From Elioraea tepida (GTDB taxonomy: Bacteria; Pseudomonadota; Alphaproteobacteria; Acetobacterales; Acetobacteraceae): 64,000 nt of DNA. Position 1 is the stretch's first letter; each line of letters opens with the position of its first letter. This document shows positions 40,264-50,929 of this stretch, one piece after another. The position numbers and the translations under genes were made by a program. The stretch is taken from assembly GCF_019203965.1 (NCBI RefSeq), contig NZ_CP076448.1:3277282-3341281 (forward strand). Direction: 5' to 3'. The notes beneath the pieces were generated by a model, which did no database searches, had not been told where the DNA came from, and saw only the letters and a program-made list of their open reading frames with translations.

Positions 40264-41138
40264 CGGTCGATGCGCATTTCCACATCTGGCGCCGTGACGA
40301 CCTTCCTTGGCTGTCGGGGCCGATGCAGCCGAGGATCTTCGGCCCCTACGAGCCGAACCGGCGCGACTACCTGATCAAGGAATATCTGCTCGACATCGCG
40401 GGGCAGGGAGTCGAGGCGGCGGTCTGCATCCAGGCGAACTGGCCGGCCGGAAGGGCCGAGGAGGAGGTCGCCTGGGTCTCCTCGGAGGCGGAGCGAACGG
40501 GCTGGCCGCAGGCCATCGTCGGCTCTGGCGATTTGACGCGCGAGGGGGCACGTGACGCCGTGGCTTCGCTCGCCAGAAACCGCCGTCTGCGCGGCATACG
40601 CCAGCAGCTGAATTGGCACGAGAACCCGCTCTACCGTTTCGCCGCCCGCCCCGATCTCTGCCTCGATCCGGTGCTGCAGCGGAACGTTGCCTCTCTCGGC
40701 GAGCGCGGACTCGTGTTCGAGCTGCAGGTGTTCACGCCGCAGATGGAGGGTGCTGCCGCGCTCGCCGATGCCGCGCCTCTGACCACGCTCGTGCTGCAGC
40801 ATGCGGGCATGCCTGAGGGTCTCTCTGAGGAGGGCATGGATCGCTAGCGCCGCGGCATGGCGGAGCTTGCGCGGCGGCCGAACGTGGTTGCGAAGCTCTC
40901 GGGCCTCGGCACCTTCCTGCGCCGGCTCGATCGTGACCATGTGGCTCGGATCACGGCGGAGACGGTCAAGCTGTTCGGGCCGGAGCGCTGCCTGTTCGGC
41001 TCGAACTTCCCGATCGAGAAGCTCTGGACGGACTATGCGGCGCTCATCGCCGCGCATCGTGACGCAGCGCGGCCGCTCGGTGATGGCGCGATGCGCGCGA
41101 TCTTCAACGACACGGCACGCCGGGTCTACCGGCTCTGA
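40260..41138 (+). pseudogene. Amidohydrolase-2 family metal-dependent hydrolase with in-frame TAG at 40845-40847
   Basis: MTVDAHFHIW...LSEEGMDR[TAG]RRGMAELARRPNVVAKLSGLGT... The stop sits at a Trp-expected position (TGG to TAG). ATGA overlap with coxE. Confidence 0.65.
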
Positions 41139-41151
41139 GGGAGAGGGTGTC

Positions 41152-42000
41152 ATGCCGCTCGAGATCAAGATCCTCGACTATGGCGACATCGAGCTCGAGT
41201 CGAGCTTCCTCGTGCTCGGTCGCGACTGCGGGCGAACGCGGCGCGTCTGCACCTACGGGTTCCTGATCCTCGGCGGGCAGTATCCGATCGTCGTCGACGC
41301 CAGGTATCGCGACAACGCGATCATGGAAACCCTTGGCATGCGCGGGCTGCAGTCGCACGAAAACATGCTCGAGCGGCAACTCGCCAAGCACGGGGTGAAG
41401 GTGGGCGACGTGCGCTACGTCGTGCATACCCACCTGCATATCGATCACGCCGGCAAGGACGATCATTTCCCAATGAACACGACGGTGGTCGACAACCGCC
41501 GGGAGATGGAGTGCTCCGTCTCCGGCCTGATGCACCCGCAATACCCGAAGCCCGACATCATGCACCTGATCGAGCGCCTGCACACGCCACAGGCGCTGCG
41601 CTTCGAGGACCTCGAGCTCTCAGGGCCGATCGAGCTGATCCCCGGCGTGGTGCTCGAGGCGGCGAACGCGCACACCGAGGGGTCGATGAATGTCCATGTC
41701 GAGACCGCCGAGGGGCGCGCGACCATCTGCGGCGACGTGATCGACGACATCCAGGAACAGATCGTCGAACCGTTCCGGCTTCATTTCGCTCAGGAGATCC
41801 AGGTCACCGGCAACCATGCGGGCTCGAAGCGCGCCGAGAAGGCGGCGGTGAAGAAGCTGCTCAGCACGTCCACCTTCCTCCTGCCGGCGCAGGATCGTCC
41901 GGCGAAGGTCGTCCAGGGGCAGATCGTCGGCCGGCTCGGGATGGAGGTGCCGGGGCCAATCACCCAGACTGTCTGTCGCCGCGACTGGTTCCCCGCGTGA
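41152..42000 (+). CDS. MBL-fold metallo-hydrolase (N-acyl-homoserine-lactonase-like)
   Basis: HTHLHIDHAG (HxHxDH) motif. 282 aa, apparently intact. Confidence 0.7.
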   Translation: MPLEIKILDYGDIELESSFLVLGRDCGRTRRVCTYGFLILGGQYPIVVDARYRDNAIMETLGMRGLQSHENMLERQLAKHGVKVGDVRYVVHTHLHIDHAGKDDHFPMNTTVVDNRREMECSVSGLMHPQYPKPDIMHLIERLHTPQALRFEDLELSGPIELIPGVVLEAANAHTEGSMNVHVETAEGRATICGDVIDDIQEQIVEPFRLHFAQEIQVTGNHAGSKRAEKAAVKKLLSTSTFLLPAQDRPAKVVQGQIVGRLGMEVPGPITQTVCRRDWFPA

Positions 42001-42016
42001 TCGGAGGCGAGAGGCG

Positions 42017-43570
42017 ATGGCACGTACGGCACTCGACGCTGGATTCGAGCGGCTAATCGATCCCCATGCCCCGGTGCGGCAGATCTGCAGCGGCTTCATC
42101 TTCACCGAAGGCCCGGTTTGGTATCCGCAGGAACAGGCGCTCTACTTCTCCGACATGCCGGGAGATGTGCGGCGGCGGTGGGACCGCCACGGCGTGCGCG
42201 AAGTGATGCGGCCCTCGAACAAAGCGAACGGGCTCACTTTCGACGCCGCCCTGAACCTGCTCGCCTGCGAGCATGCGACGAGTGCGGTGGCGCGCTTTCG
42301 GCCCGACGGAAGGCAGGAGGTTCTGGCGACGCATTTCGAGGGCCGGGAGCTGAACAGGCCGAACGACCTCTGCGTGCACTCCTCGGGGGCGATCTACTTC
42401 ACCGATCCGTGGTACGGCAGGATGCCACATTACGGCGTAGAACGGCCGCGGCAGCTCGGCTTCCAGGGCGTCTATCGGCTTGCCCCGAACCACATCCCCG
42501 GCGCCGAGCCGCAGCTTCTGGTCGAGCGCTATCTGTTCACGCAGCCGAACGGGCTCTGCTTCTCGCCCTGCGAGCGTCTTCCTTACGTGAACGACACGGA
42601 GCAGGCGAACATCCGTGTGTTCGAGGTGGCCGAGGACTGATCGCTCCGGAATGGACGGGTCTTCGCCTCCGGCATTCGCGAGAGCCTGAACCCGGGCGTT
42701 CCGGACGGGATGAAATGTGACGCGGAGGGCAATGTCTGGGTCACGGGCCCCGGAGGGCTATGGGTGTTCCGGCCTGACGGGAAACATATCGGCCGCGTGT
42801 CCATTCCCGAACCGGCGGCGAACCTCGCCTGGGGCGGCGAAGACTGGAGGACGCTGTTCGTGTGCGCCTCCACCTCGATCTATGCGGTCGAGACGAGGGT
42901 GGGGCCGCGCAACGAGCCGTTCATGCGCGCGGCCGACTCGGCGCGTGCGCCGCGCGCGTCCGAGTCGTTGCGTCTCGACGCGCGGCGCTGCGCTCTGATC
43001 ATCCAGGACATGCAGAACGACGTGGTGATGGAGGGCGGCGCCTTCGCCTCCACAGGCTCCGCCCAGCATTGCCGCGAGCAGAACGCGATCGCCAACATCG
43101 CCCGCCTTGCGGAACGGTGCCGCGCCTTCGGCGTTCCGGTGATCCATGTCTGGTTCGTCGTCCCGCCAGGCGGCAAGGGCATGACGCTGAACGCGCCGCT
43201 GTTCGAGGGGGTGGTGGATGCCAACGCGATGGTGCGCGGCACCTGGGGCGCGGCGCCCGTACCCGGGCTCGAGCCGAGGCCGGGTGACCACGTCGTCGAG
43301 AAAAACCGCATGTCGGCCTGGGAAGGCACGATGCTCGAGACGATCCTCAAGGCGGAAGGCCGCGACGTGATCATCGAGACGGGTGCCTGGACGAACATGT
43401 CGATCGAGCACACGGCGCGCACAGGGGCCGACAAGGGCTATGTTATGGTGATCCCGGAGGATGCCTGCTCGACGATGAACGCCGATTGGCACCGTGCCTC
43501 GATCAACTATGCGATGCAGAGTGTCGCGCTTGTGACGACCACGGATGCCTCGATCGCGGCTCTGGGCTGA
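42017..43570 (+). pseudogene. SMP-30/gluconolactonase/LRE-like domain fused in frame to an isochorismatase-family hydrolase; in-frame TGA at 42638-42640
   Basis: The SMP-30 part (FTEGPVWYP...CVHSSGAIYFTDPWYG...VAED[TGA]SLRNGRVFASG...PDGMKCDAEGNVWVTGPGGLWVF) runs without a stop into an isochorismatase part (ALIIQDMQNDVV...VIIETGAWTNMSIEHTAR...VIPEDAC). The TGA sits at a Gly-expected position. Confidence 0.6.
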
Positions 43571-43713
43571 GCGGCTGGGCGCGATCAGCCGATCCTCGCC
43601 GTGCCGTGTGGTGGGGCAAGGCAGCGATCATGCCGAGGACGGGCGGGTAAGCGGCAGGGCCGTGGCCCCCGCCCTCACCCCGGGTCGGCAGTTCGGGAGG
43701 GGAGAGGGGAGCG

Positions 43714-45336
43714 CTACCGGCACGCCACGGCCTCGCCGAGCGCGCGGCAGCGCGTTTCGCCCTCCGGCACGAGCTGCGCAAGAGCCGGCACCGCCTCGGG
43801 CAGGATCAGACGCAGTTCGCCAGAAGCAAAGGGCGCCGCGGCGCGCGCCGCGTCGTCGCACACGGGCGGGGTCAGCCAGCGCGCGACATGCATGGTGCTG
43901 ACCGGCAGGCCCCGCTCGGAGGCAAGAAGCAGCGCCTCATGCGCCTGCATGAAGTTCCGGGTGGAACCGGCCGGGATGCAGGGCCAGGAGGGCAGAAGCG
44001 TCAACCGCTCCGCCTCCGCCATCAGTGCGCGAAGCGCGGGCGCATCGAGCGTCCATCCGGGGCGGGCCGAGGCCCAGGCGGCAAGGTCTCGGCGGATCGG
44101 GGTCGCATCGACGATCTGGACCACGCCGACGAGGAGGGCGAGCCAGGGTCCCGCTCTGCCCGCCCCAGCGAGCAGCGCGAACGTCCCGACGAGAAGAGCA
44201 TAGAGCACCGGCCAGAAGAACCGCCCCGAGGCGCGGAACTGCTCGAGGAAGGCAGGAGCGGCGCCGAGATCAAGGACGATCCGCTCGCCCACACCGACGC
44301 GGTGGCTCACTGCAAGCGCGGTGAGCCCGGCGAGCACGAGCGCAAGCCCGGCATGACGTCGGAGCGTCGTCCGAGCCGTTCCAGGCCGAAGCAGCACGAC
44401 GAGCACGAGCCCCGCGACGAGCCCGGCGCCGAGCCATGCATAGCCCTCCCAGCCGCCGAACCCAGTCGCGTCGATCTCCCCGCCGATGCTGCCGCCAAGC
44501 AGCAGAGAGCGATAGGGCCAGAGCGGGGAGAGCAGATTGAGCGCGTAGTTGCCGTAGCCTCCATCCCCCACGGCGCCGAAATAGCCGAGCACCGCCATGG
44601 CGGCCGCGACGGCGAGGCCTGAGGCGATGAGCCCCGCTCCGGCCGCGACCCAGCCCCTATCTCCGCGCAGGAGCAGCGTCAGGGGCACCGCTCCAAGGAC
44701 GGCAAGCGCCATCGCCGCGAGATAGGGGTGGACCAGCAGGGTCGACACCATCGTGAAGGCTGCGAAGGCCCAAAGCAGCGTCGTCTGCCTCCGCACCAGC
44801 CTGAGATAGAGGCCGAGCGCGCCCAGGATCGTGGCGTGACCGGTCAGGGCCGCATGGCCGTAGCGCGCGAGCCAGGCAGGGGTGCCAAGGGCGGCGAGGA
44901 CAATGCCGAGCGCAGGCAGAAGGCGCCGTTCGCCCGTTCCCCGAAGCGCCCAGACGGCGGCCGCCGGCTGGGCAATGGTCATCAGCGCATACCAGAGGCC
45001 GATGCCGTGGAACCCAGGTGGCAGGAGGGGTCTGGCGAGCTTGAGCAGCAGAGCGAGCAGCGGGATGGCATCGGCGAAGGCGATGTTCACGCCTTCGGGA
45101 GCGTTCATGTTTCGTGCAAGAAGTGGCGGCCAGTGCCATGAGTCGGCGATGAAATACCGCTGCGCAATCGCATGCTGCGCTGCATCACCGACAAGAGCCG
45201 TGTCGCCACCGGCGGCGGGGAACAGGAAGTCGGCCGGGAAGACGAGGAGCGCCTGGCAGAGTCCGACCAGCGCGGCGGCGAGATAAGCCGAAAGGCGTGG
45301 AAAATGCTGGTCCGCTTCTCTGTGCTGGGTTGCCAC
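43714..45336 (-). CDS. Large polytopic membrane protein (putative polysaccharide-locus membrane protein, possibly DUF6311/GT-C-like); paralog of 54109-55845
   Basis: About 12 predicted TM segments. Conserved N-terminal block YFIADSWHWPPLLARNMNAPEGVNIAFADAIPLLALLLKL, matched in the paralog (FRRDAWHIPPGLNPNYGLELSSSIFYADTIPLIALPLK). GTG start at 45336 proposed; the track ORF extends to 45537. Confidence 0.55.
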   Translation of the reverse strand: MATQHREADQHFPRLSAYLAAALVGLCQALLVFPADFLFPAAGGDTALVGDAAQHAIAQRYFIADSWHWPPLLARNMNAPEGVNIAFADAIPLLALLLKLARPLLPPGFHGIGLWYALMTIAQPAAAVWALRGTGERRLLPALGIVLAALGTPAWLARYGHAALTGHATILGALGLYLRLVRRQTTLLWAFAAFTMVSTLLVHPYLAAMALAVLGAVPLTLLLRGDRGWVAAGAGLIASGLAVAAAMAVLGYFGAVGDGGYGNYALNLLSPLWPYRSLLLGGSIGGEIDATGFGGWEGYAWLGAGLVAGLVLVVLLRPGTARTTLRRHAGLALVLAGLTALAVSHRVGVGERIVLDLGAAPAFLEQFRASGRFFWPVLYALLVGTFALLAGAGRAGPWLALLVGVVQIVDATPIRRDLAAWASARPGWTLDAPALRALMAEAERLTLLPSWPCIPAGSTRNFMQAHEALLLASERGLPVSTMHVARWLTPPVCDDAARAAAPFASGELRLILPEAVPALAQLVPEGETRCRALGEAVACR

Positions 45337-45588
45337 CCGCGTCTGGTGCCGTTCCTGCTGTCGCGCGTCAACGCAGGCGGCATCCGCGCCGGCAGGGCGT
45401 GTTCGCTCCTCGCGCGGCGGTTGCTGCAGCGCCACAATCCCGCCCCAACCACGTCGTGAAGCCGCCCACGAGGACGGAGAGACTGCGCGCGCTGGTGATC
45501 CGAACCACTCCTGGGTGCCGCGGCGAGACCCTCGCAACGGCCGCGTGCGCCCGCAAGGCAGGGACAGCGGGTCCAGCGGGAAAAGAGG

Positions 45589-46287
45589 ATGGTCATGTCC
45601 GGTCTTCGGGCCTACCCGTCGTTGCGGGCTCAGTTCTTCGTCGGCCGTTCGGGCGGGCAGCGCGTGGCTGCCGTGCTGCGCCCTGTGGTGAAGCGCGCGA
45701 TCGATCTCGTCGGCGCTGCCTCGCTTCTTGTCCTGTTGGCGGTGCCGATGCTGGTCATCGCCGCACTCGTGCGCGCCGATGGCGGCCCGGCCCTGTTCTC
45801 ACATACCCGTGTCGGGCGCGGCGGGCGGCCGTTCAACTGCCTCAAGTTCCGCACCATGGTCGTGGACAGCGAAGCGCAGCTTGCTGCGCTTATCGCCTCC
45901 GACGAGGCGGCGCGGGCCGAGTGGGCGGCCACGCGCAAGCTCAAGAACGACCCGCGGGTGACCCGGATCGGCCGCTTCCTCCGCGCGAGCTCGCTCGACG
46001 AGCTGCCGCAGCTGATCAACGTGCTGAAGGGCGAGATGAGCCTGGTCGGGCCCCGTCCGGTCCAGGCGTCCGAGCTTGCGACCTACTACGGCGCAGCGGC
46101 CGAGCATTACCAGCTCGTCCGCCCCGGCATCACCGGGCCGTGGCAGATCAGCGGCCGAAGCGAGACGAGCTATGACCGACGCGTTGCGCTCGATGTCGCC
46201 TACGCGACGCAGCCCTCGCTGCTCGAAGACCTGCGCATCCTGCTCCTGACCCCCGCGGCCGTGCTCTCTCGCCGCGGCGCCTACTGA
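45589..46287 (+). CDS. Undecaprenyl-phosphate sugar phosphotransferase (ExoY/WbaP C-terminal domain family)
   Basis: Bac_transf motifs: PRPVGRGGRPFNCLKFRTM, DELPQLINVLKGEMSLVGPRP, RPGITGPWQ. AAGAGG RBS before the ATG. Confidence 0.8.
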   Translation: MVMSGLRAYPSLRAQFFVGRSGGQRVAAVLRPVVKRAIDLVGAASLLVLLAVPMLVIAALVRADGGPALFSHTRVGRGGRPFNCLKFRTMVVDSEAQLAALIASDEAARAEWAATRKLKNDPRVTRIGRFLRASSLDELPQLINVLKGEMSLVGPRPVQASELATYYGAAAEHYQLVRPGITGPWQISGRSETSYDRRVALDVAYATQPSLLEDLRILLLTPAAVLSRRGAY

Positions 46288-46339
46288 GCGGTCATCGACG
46301 CCGCGTCTCGCCGGCTGCATCGCCTCGGCGGCGGGGCTA

Positions 46340-47863
46340 TTGGTCCGGTCGATGACCGAAGACGTCGCCTCCCGCGCGGGCGGCAGGCGGCTGGTCGCGG
46401 GTGTGGCGTGGAACGCGCTCGGCCGCGGCCTACCTCTTCTGCTTGCCCTCGCACTCACCCCGGTGCTGGTCGGCCAGCTCGGGCTCGAACGCTGGGGCCT
46501 GTTCACGCTCGCGCTAGCGCTCGTCGGCGTGTTCGGGATGCTCGATCTTGGGGTGGGCCCGGCGCTGACGCGGGCGCTTTCGGAGCGGATCGGGTCAGGC
46601 CGGCGCGAGGGGGAGGGCGAACTCGTCGCCTCGGCTCTCGCCGCTCTTGTCGGTTCGAGCGCCCTCTTCGCGGGCCTTGCCTGGGTCGGGATCCGCCCGC
46701 TGGTCGAACGGCTTCTGAACGTGCCTCCCGGCCTCGTCGAGGAGGCTGTCGGGGCAATGCGCGTGCTCGTCGCGGCGGCGCCGCTCGTCGTTGCCAACGC
46801 CGCTCTCTGGGGCGTGCTCGCCGCGCACCAGCGTTTCCGGGTGGCGAACCTCGTCACCATCCCAGTCTCCGTCTTCTATTATCTCGGGCCGGTTCTTGTC
46901 CTGTTGGTGTGGAACTCGCTCATCGGCGCGATGCTCGCTCTCGTCGGCTGCCGGCTCGCCAACACCGTGTCCTATGCGCTTCTAGTGCGGCCCCTGTTGC
47001 CCGGCCTCTCCTGGCGCTCGGTCCGGCTCGCGCCTGTGGTGCCGCTTCTTCGCTTCGGCGGATGGATGACCTTCGCCTCCGCCGTGACCCAGGCGCTTCT
47101 CTATGCCGACCGCTTCCTGATCGGCGCGCTTCTGACGCTCGAGGCCGTCGCCTTCTACGCCACCCCGCTTGATCTCGTGATCCGGTTTTGGATCCTGCCC
47201 GTCGCGGTCGCACAGGCTCTTCTGCCCGCGCTCGCCTCGTCCTTCCGCCTCCTCCCGACCGAGACGGTGGCGCTGGTGCGCAAGGCGACGCTGCTGATCG
47301 CGGCGATCGTCCTGCCGGCGGCGGTGGTGCTCGTTGCGCTCGCGAAGCCCGGGCTTCGGCTCTGGCTCGGGGCGGAGTTCGCCGAGGGCGGGGCGGCGGT
47401 GCTGCGGATCCTCGGCGTCGGCATCCTGTTCAACTGTGTCGCCTTCGCTCCGGGAAGCCTGATCGAGGCGGTCGGCAGGCCAGACCTCACGGCGCGGTTT
47501 GCGCTCGCCCAGGCCCTCGTGTTCGTTCCGCTTTCGGCTCTGCTCCTGCTGGCGATCGGGATCGAGGGGGCTGCGATCGCCTGGAGCCTTCGCGCGGCGG
47601 CCGATTGCGCGGGCCGTGCGGTTCTGGCCGCAAGCGTCTATCCGGCGGCGTCGTCGACGCTGCGCGCGCTCGCGGCACCCGTCGGGGCGGCAGGAGCCGG
47701 CCTCGCCGCGGCGTCTTCCATGCCGTCTGTCGGCGCCGCCCTTGGGGTCGGCATGGCCTGCCTTGGGCTGTTCGCCGCGCTCGGCTGGCGTACGCTCGCG
47801 GCGGACGAGCGCGCCGCCTTTGCCGCTGCGCTGCGCTCCCCGGGAACGCTTCTGCGACGATGA
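46340..47863 (+). CDS. wzx: Polysaccharide flippase (Wzx/MOP superfamily)
   Basis: 507 aa, about 12-14 TM segments, Polysacc_synt-like. TTG start as in the track. ATGA overlap with the downstream GT. Confidence 0.7.
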   Translation: MVRSMTEDVASRAGGRRLVAGVAWNALGRGLPLLLALALTPVLVGQLGLERWGLFTLALALVGVFGMLDLGVGPALTRALSERIGSGRREGEGELVASALAALVGSSALFAGLAWVGIRPLVERLLNVPPGLVEEAVGAMRVLVAAAPLVVANAALWGVLAAHQRFRVANLVTIPVSVFYYLGPVLVLLVWNSLIGAMLALVGCRLANTVSYALLVRPLLPGLSWRSVRLAPVVPLLRFGGWMTFASAVTQALLYADRFLIGALLTLEAVAFYATPLDLVIRFWILPVAVAQALLPALASSFRLLPTETVALVRKATLLIAAIVLPAAVVLVALAKPGLRLWLGAEFAEGGAAVLRILGVGILFNCVAFAPGSLIEAVGRPDLTARFALAQALVFVPLSALLLLAIGIEGAAIAWSLRAAADCAGRAVLAASVYPAASSTLRALAAPVGAAGAGLAAASSMPSVGAALGVGMACLGLFAALGWRTLAADERAAFAAALRSPGTLLRR

Positions 47864-48936
47864 GGGAGATCGTCGTCAACGGCCGATTCCTCACCCAGGC
47901 GCTCACCGGCGTGCAGCGCTATGCGATCGAGATCACCCGAGCGCTCGCCACCCTCGTGGCCGAGGGAAGGGCACCGCCGATCCGCCTTGTCGCGCCCCCT
48001 GGCACCGTGGCGCCATGGCTCGCCCCGATCCCGGTCGAGACCACGGGGTCACGCCACGGCCAGGTGTGGGAGCAGCTCGACCTGCCGCGGGCCGCGCGCG
48101 GGCGGGTTCTGGTCAGCCTTGGCAATACCGGGCCTCTTCTTGCGGGTGCGAAACAGCTCGTCGTCATCCACGACGCCGGCGCCTTCGACACGCCGGAGAG
48201 CTACTCCTTCGCCTTCCGGATGTGGTATCGGCTGCTGCAGAGTCTGCTCGCCCGGCGCAAGGCGCGGATCGTCACCGTCTCCGCCTTCTCGCGCGGGCGT
48301 ATCGCCGCCGCCCTGGCTGTGCCGGAGGCCTTGATCGCCGTGACCTACGAGGGGGGCGAGCACGCGCTTCGAGAGCCGGCCGACCCTTCCATACTCTCCC
48401 GCCATGGCCTCGAGCCGCAGCGCTTCGTGCTCGCGGTCGGCACGCGGGCGGCGCACAAGAACCTCGGGGCGCTCGCAGCGGCGGCGCGGCTTCTCGCCGC
48501 GCGCGGGATCACGCTCGCCGCCGCCGGCGCGGCCGACCCAGCCGTGTTCCGCCCCGCAGGCGACGTTGCCGGCCCCGGCGCCATCGCCCTCGGCCGGGTG
48601 AGCGATGCCGAGCTTCGCGCGCTCTACGAGGCAGCGCTCTGCCTCGTCTTCCCCTCCCGCTACGAGGGCTTCGGCCTTCCGCCGCTCGAGGCGATGGCGA
48701 GCGGCTGCCCCGTCATCGCCGCGCGCGCCGGCGCGGTGCCGGAAGTGTGCGGCGACGCGGCTCTGTGGTTCGACCCGGCCATCCCCGAGAGCCTGACGGC
48801 GGCGCTCGAACGGCTGCTCGACGAGCCCGGTCTTGCCCCCGCCCTGCGTGCGGCCGGGAAGGAGCGGGCGGCGCGCTTCACCTGGCGGGCAGCCGCCGAG
48901 AGGCTGCTCGAGGCCGTGGCGGAGGTGGGCGCATGA
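47860..48936 (+). CDS. Glycosyltransferase family 4 (GT-B)
   Basis: Start MREIVVNGRFL. C-terminal EGFGLPPLEAMASGCPVIA motif (E-x7-E region) typical of GT4. Confidence 0.8.
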   Translation: MREIVVNGRFLTQALTGVQRYAIEITRALATLVAEGRAPPIRLVAPPGTVAPWLAPIPVETTGSRHGQVWEQLDLPRAARGRVLVSLGNTGPLLAGAKQLVVIHDAGAFDTPESYSFAFRMWYRLLQSLLARRKARIVTVSAFSRGRIAAALAVPEALIAVTYEGGEHALREPADPSILSRHGLEPQRFVLAVGTRAAHKNLGALAAAARLLAARGITLAAAGAADPAVFRPAGDVAGPGAIALGRVSDAELRALYEAALCLVFPSRYEGFGLPPLEAMASGCPVIAARAGAVPEVCGDAALWFDPAIPESLTAALERLLDEPGLAPALRAAGKERAARFTWRAAAERLLEAVAEVGA

Positions 48937-50057
48937 AGGTCGCGATCGTGCACGAGTGGCTCGACACCTATGCCGGTTCCGAGCGCGTGCTCGAGCAGCT
49001 CCTGCTCGCCTGGCCCGAGGCCGATCTCTTCGCGGTCTGCGACTTCCTTCCCGAGGCGGAACGCGGCTTTCTCGGCGGGCGGAGGCCCCGCACCACCTTC
49101 ATCCAGCGCCTGCCGTTCGCGCGCACCCAGTTTCGCAAATACCTATCCTTGATGCCGCTCGCGGTCGAGCAGATCGATCTTTCCGGCTACGACCTCGTTC
49201 TCTCCTCCTCGCACGCGGTCGCCAAGGGGGTTCTCACCGGGCCGGGGCAGCTGCATGTGAGCTACATCCACTCGCCGATGCGCTACGCGTGGGACCTTCA
49301 GCACCAGTATCTCCGCGAGAGCGGCAGCGAGCGGGGGCTCAAGGGAGCGATCGCTCGGTGGATGCTGCACCGGCTTCGGATCTGGGACCGTGCCTCCGCC
49401 GCCGGCGTCGACGTGCTGGTGGCGAACTCGAGCTACATCGCGGAGCGGATCCGCAAGGTGTGGCGGCGCGAGAGCGTGGTGATCCACCCCCCCGTGGCGG
49501 TGCACCGCTTCACGCTTCGACGCGACAAGCAGGACTACTACCTCGTCGCCTCGCGCATGGTTCCCTACAAGCGGGTCGAGCTTGTCACGGCGGCGTTCCG
49601 GCGCATGCCCGGCCGCAAGCTCGTCGTGATCGGCGACGGGCCGAACATGAAGGCGGTCCGCGATGCGGCCGGAGGAGCGGCCAACATCACATTCCTGGGG
49701 CGTGTCTCGCAACCGGAACTGATCGACCGGATGCAGGGCGCGCGCGCCGCGCTGCACGCCGCCGAGGAGGATTTCGGCATCGCCATCGTCGAGGCGCAGG
49801 CCTGCGGCACGCCGATGATCGCCTATGGCCGCGGCGGGGCGCTCGACATCGTGCGCGCGCCCCCGGCGAACCAGCCGACCGGAGTGTTCTTCGCCGAACA
49901 GACACCCGAGAGCATCATCGCCGCCGTCGAGCAGTTCGAGGGGCTGGCTGAGGCGATCACGCCTGAGGCCTGCCGCGCGAACGCGATGCGCTTCGGCGAG
50001 GCGGTGTTCCGCGATGCGATGAAGGCGCTTGTTGCTCGCGAGCTGGGAGCGCGATGA
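48933..50057 (+). CDS. Glycosyltransferase family 4 (GT-B)
   Basis: Start MKVAIVHEWL (ATGA overlap). EDFGIAIVEAQACGTPMIAY motif. Confidence 0.8.
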   Translation: MKVAIVHEWLDTYAGSERVLEQLLLAWPEADLFAVCDFLPEAERGFLGGRRPRTTFIQRLPFARTQFRKYLSLMPLAVEQIDLSGYDLVLSSSHAVAKGVLTGPGQLHVSYIHSPMRYAWDLQHQYLRESGSERGLKGAIARWMLHRLRIWDRASAAGVDVLVANSSYIAERIRKVWRRESVVIHPPVAVHRFTLRRDKQDYYLVASRMVPYKRVELVTAAFRRMPGRKLVVIGDGPNMKAVRDAAGGAANITFLGRVSQPELIDRMQGARAALHAAEEDFGIAIVEAQACGTPMIAYGRGGALDIVRAPPANQPTGVFFAEQTPESIIAAVEQFEGLAEAITPEACRANAMRFGEAVFRDAMKALVARELGAR

Positions 50058-50929
50058 CCGCGTTCAGCCTGATCGTCGCGACCAGGGGGCGAAGCGCCGA
50101 GCTCGGCCAGATGCTCGAGAGCGTGGTCGCCCAGGCGCCGGTCGAAGCCGAGGTGATCGTCGTCGACCAGAACGACGATGATCGTGTCGCATCCGTGATC
50201 GCCCCTTTTGCAGAACGTCTGCCGCTCATCCACATCCGTTCTGCGATCGCGAACGCCAACCACGCCCGCAATCTCGGCCTCAGCCATGCGCGCGCGCCGC
50301 TCGTTCTGTTCCCCGACGATGACTGCGTTCTTCCCGCGGGCGTGCTCGCCCGCGCCGCGAGCGCCTTCGCCGCCGACCCGGCACTCGGCGTGCTTACCGG
50401 CCCCGCAGCCTCACCCGAGGGAAGGCTCGGATCCGGGCGCTGGCGCGCCCAAAGCGGGCCGATCACGCTCGCCAATCTCTGGACCAGCGTCATCGAGTTC
50501 AATCTCTTCCTACGCCGCGAGGTCGCGCTCGCTCTGGGCGGGTTCGACGAGGCGCTGGGGCCCGGAACGCCGTTCGGCTCGGCCGAGGGCAATGATCTCG
50601 TGGCGCGGGCGATCCGGCGCGGCATCGCCGCCCGCTACGACCATGACCTCCGGATCGTGCATCCGGACAAGCGGATGACCGACGTCGCCGTCGAGCGTGC
50701 GGCCCTCTACGGCGCCGGGCTCGGCGTGGTGCTGCGCCGCCACGCTCGCGTTGGAACGATCCTGTCCTTCGTGATCCGCCCTCTGGGCGGCCTCGCGCTC
50801 GGCCTTGCGCGGGGGAACCTGCTGGCCGCGCGCTATCACGCCGAGACCCTGCGCGGCCGGTTTCGCGGGCTGATGGCGGGAGAGGTGGCGCGTCGGGCCC
50901 CGGCCCAGGCGCTCGAGGCGGTGGCATGA
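50054..50929 (+). CDS. Glycosyltransferase family 2
   Basis: SLIVATRGR... plus a DDD-type motif (VLFPDDDCVL). ATGA overlap. Confidence 0.75.
   Translation: MTAFSLIVATRGRSAELGQMLESVVAQAPVEAEVIVVDQNDDDRVASVIAPFAERLPLIHIRSAIANANHARNLGLSHARAPLVLFPDDDCVLPAGVLARAASAFAADPALGVLTGPAASPEGRLGSGRWRAQSGPITLANLWTSVIEFNLFLRREVALALGGFDEALGPGTPFGSAEGNDLVARAIRRGIAARYDHDLRIVHPDKRMTDVAVERAALYGAGLGVVLRRHARVGTILSFVIRPLGGLALGLARGNLLAARYHAETLRGRFRGLMAGEVARRAPAQALEAVA

Noticed and set aside
43656-43667. Small hairpin gggccgtggccc in the convergent intergenic region 43571-43713, considered as a bidirectional terminator
   Set aside because: The 5-bp stem is too weak to call. No flanking T/A tracts.
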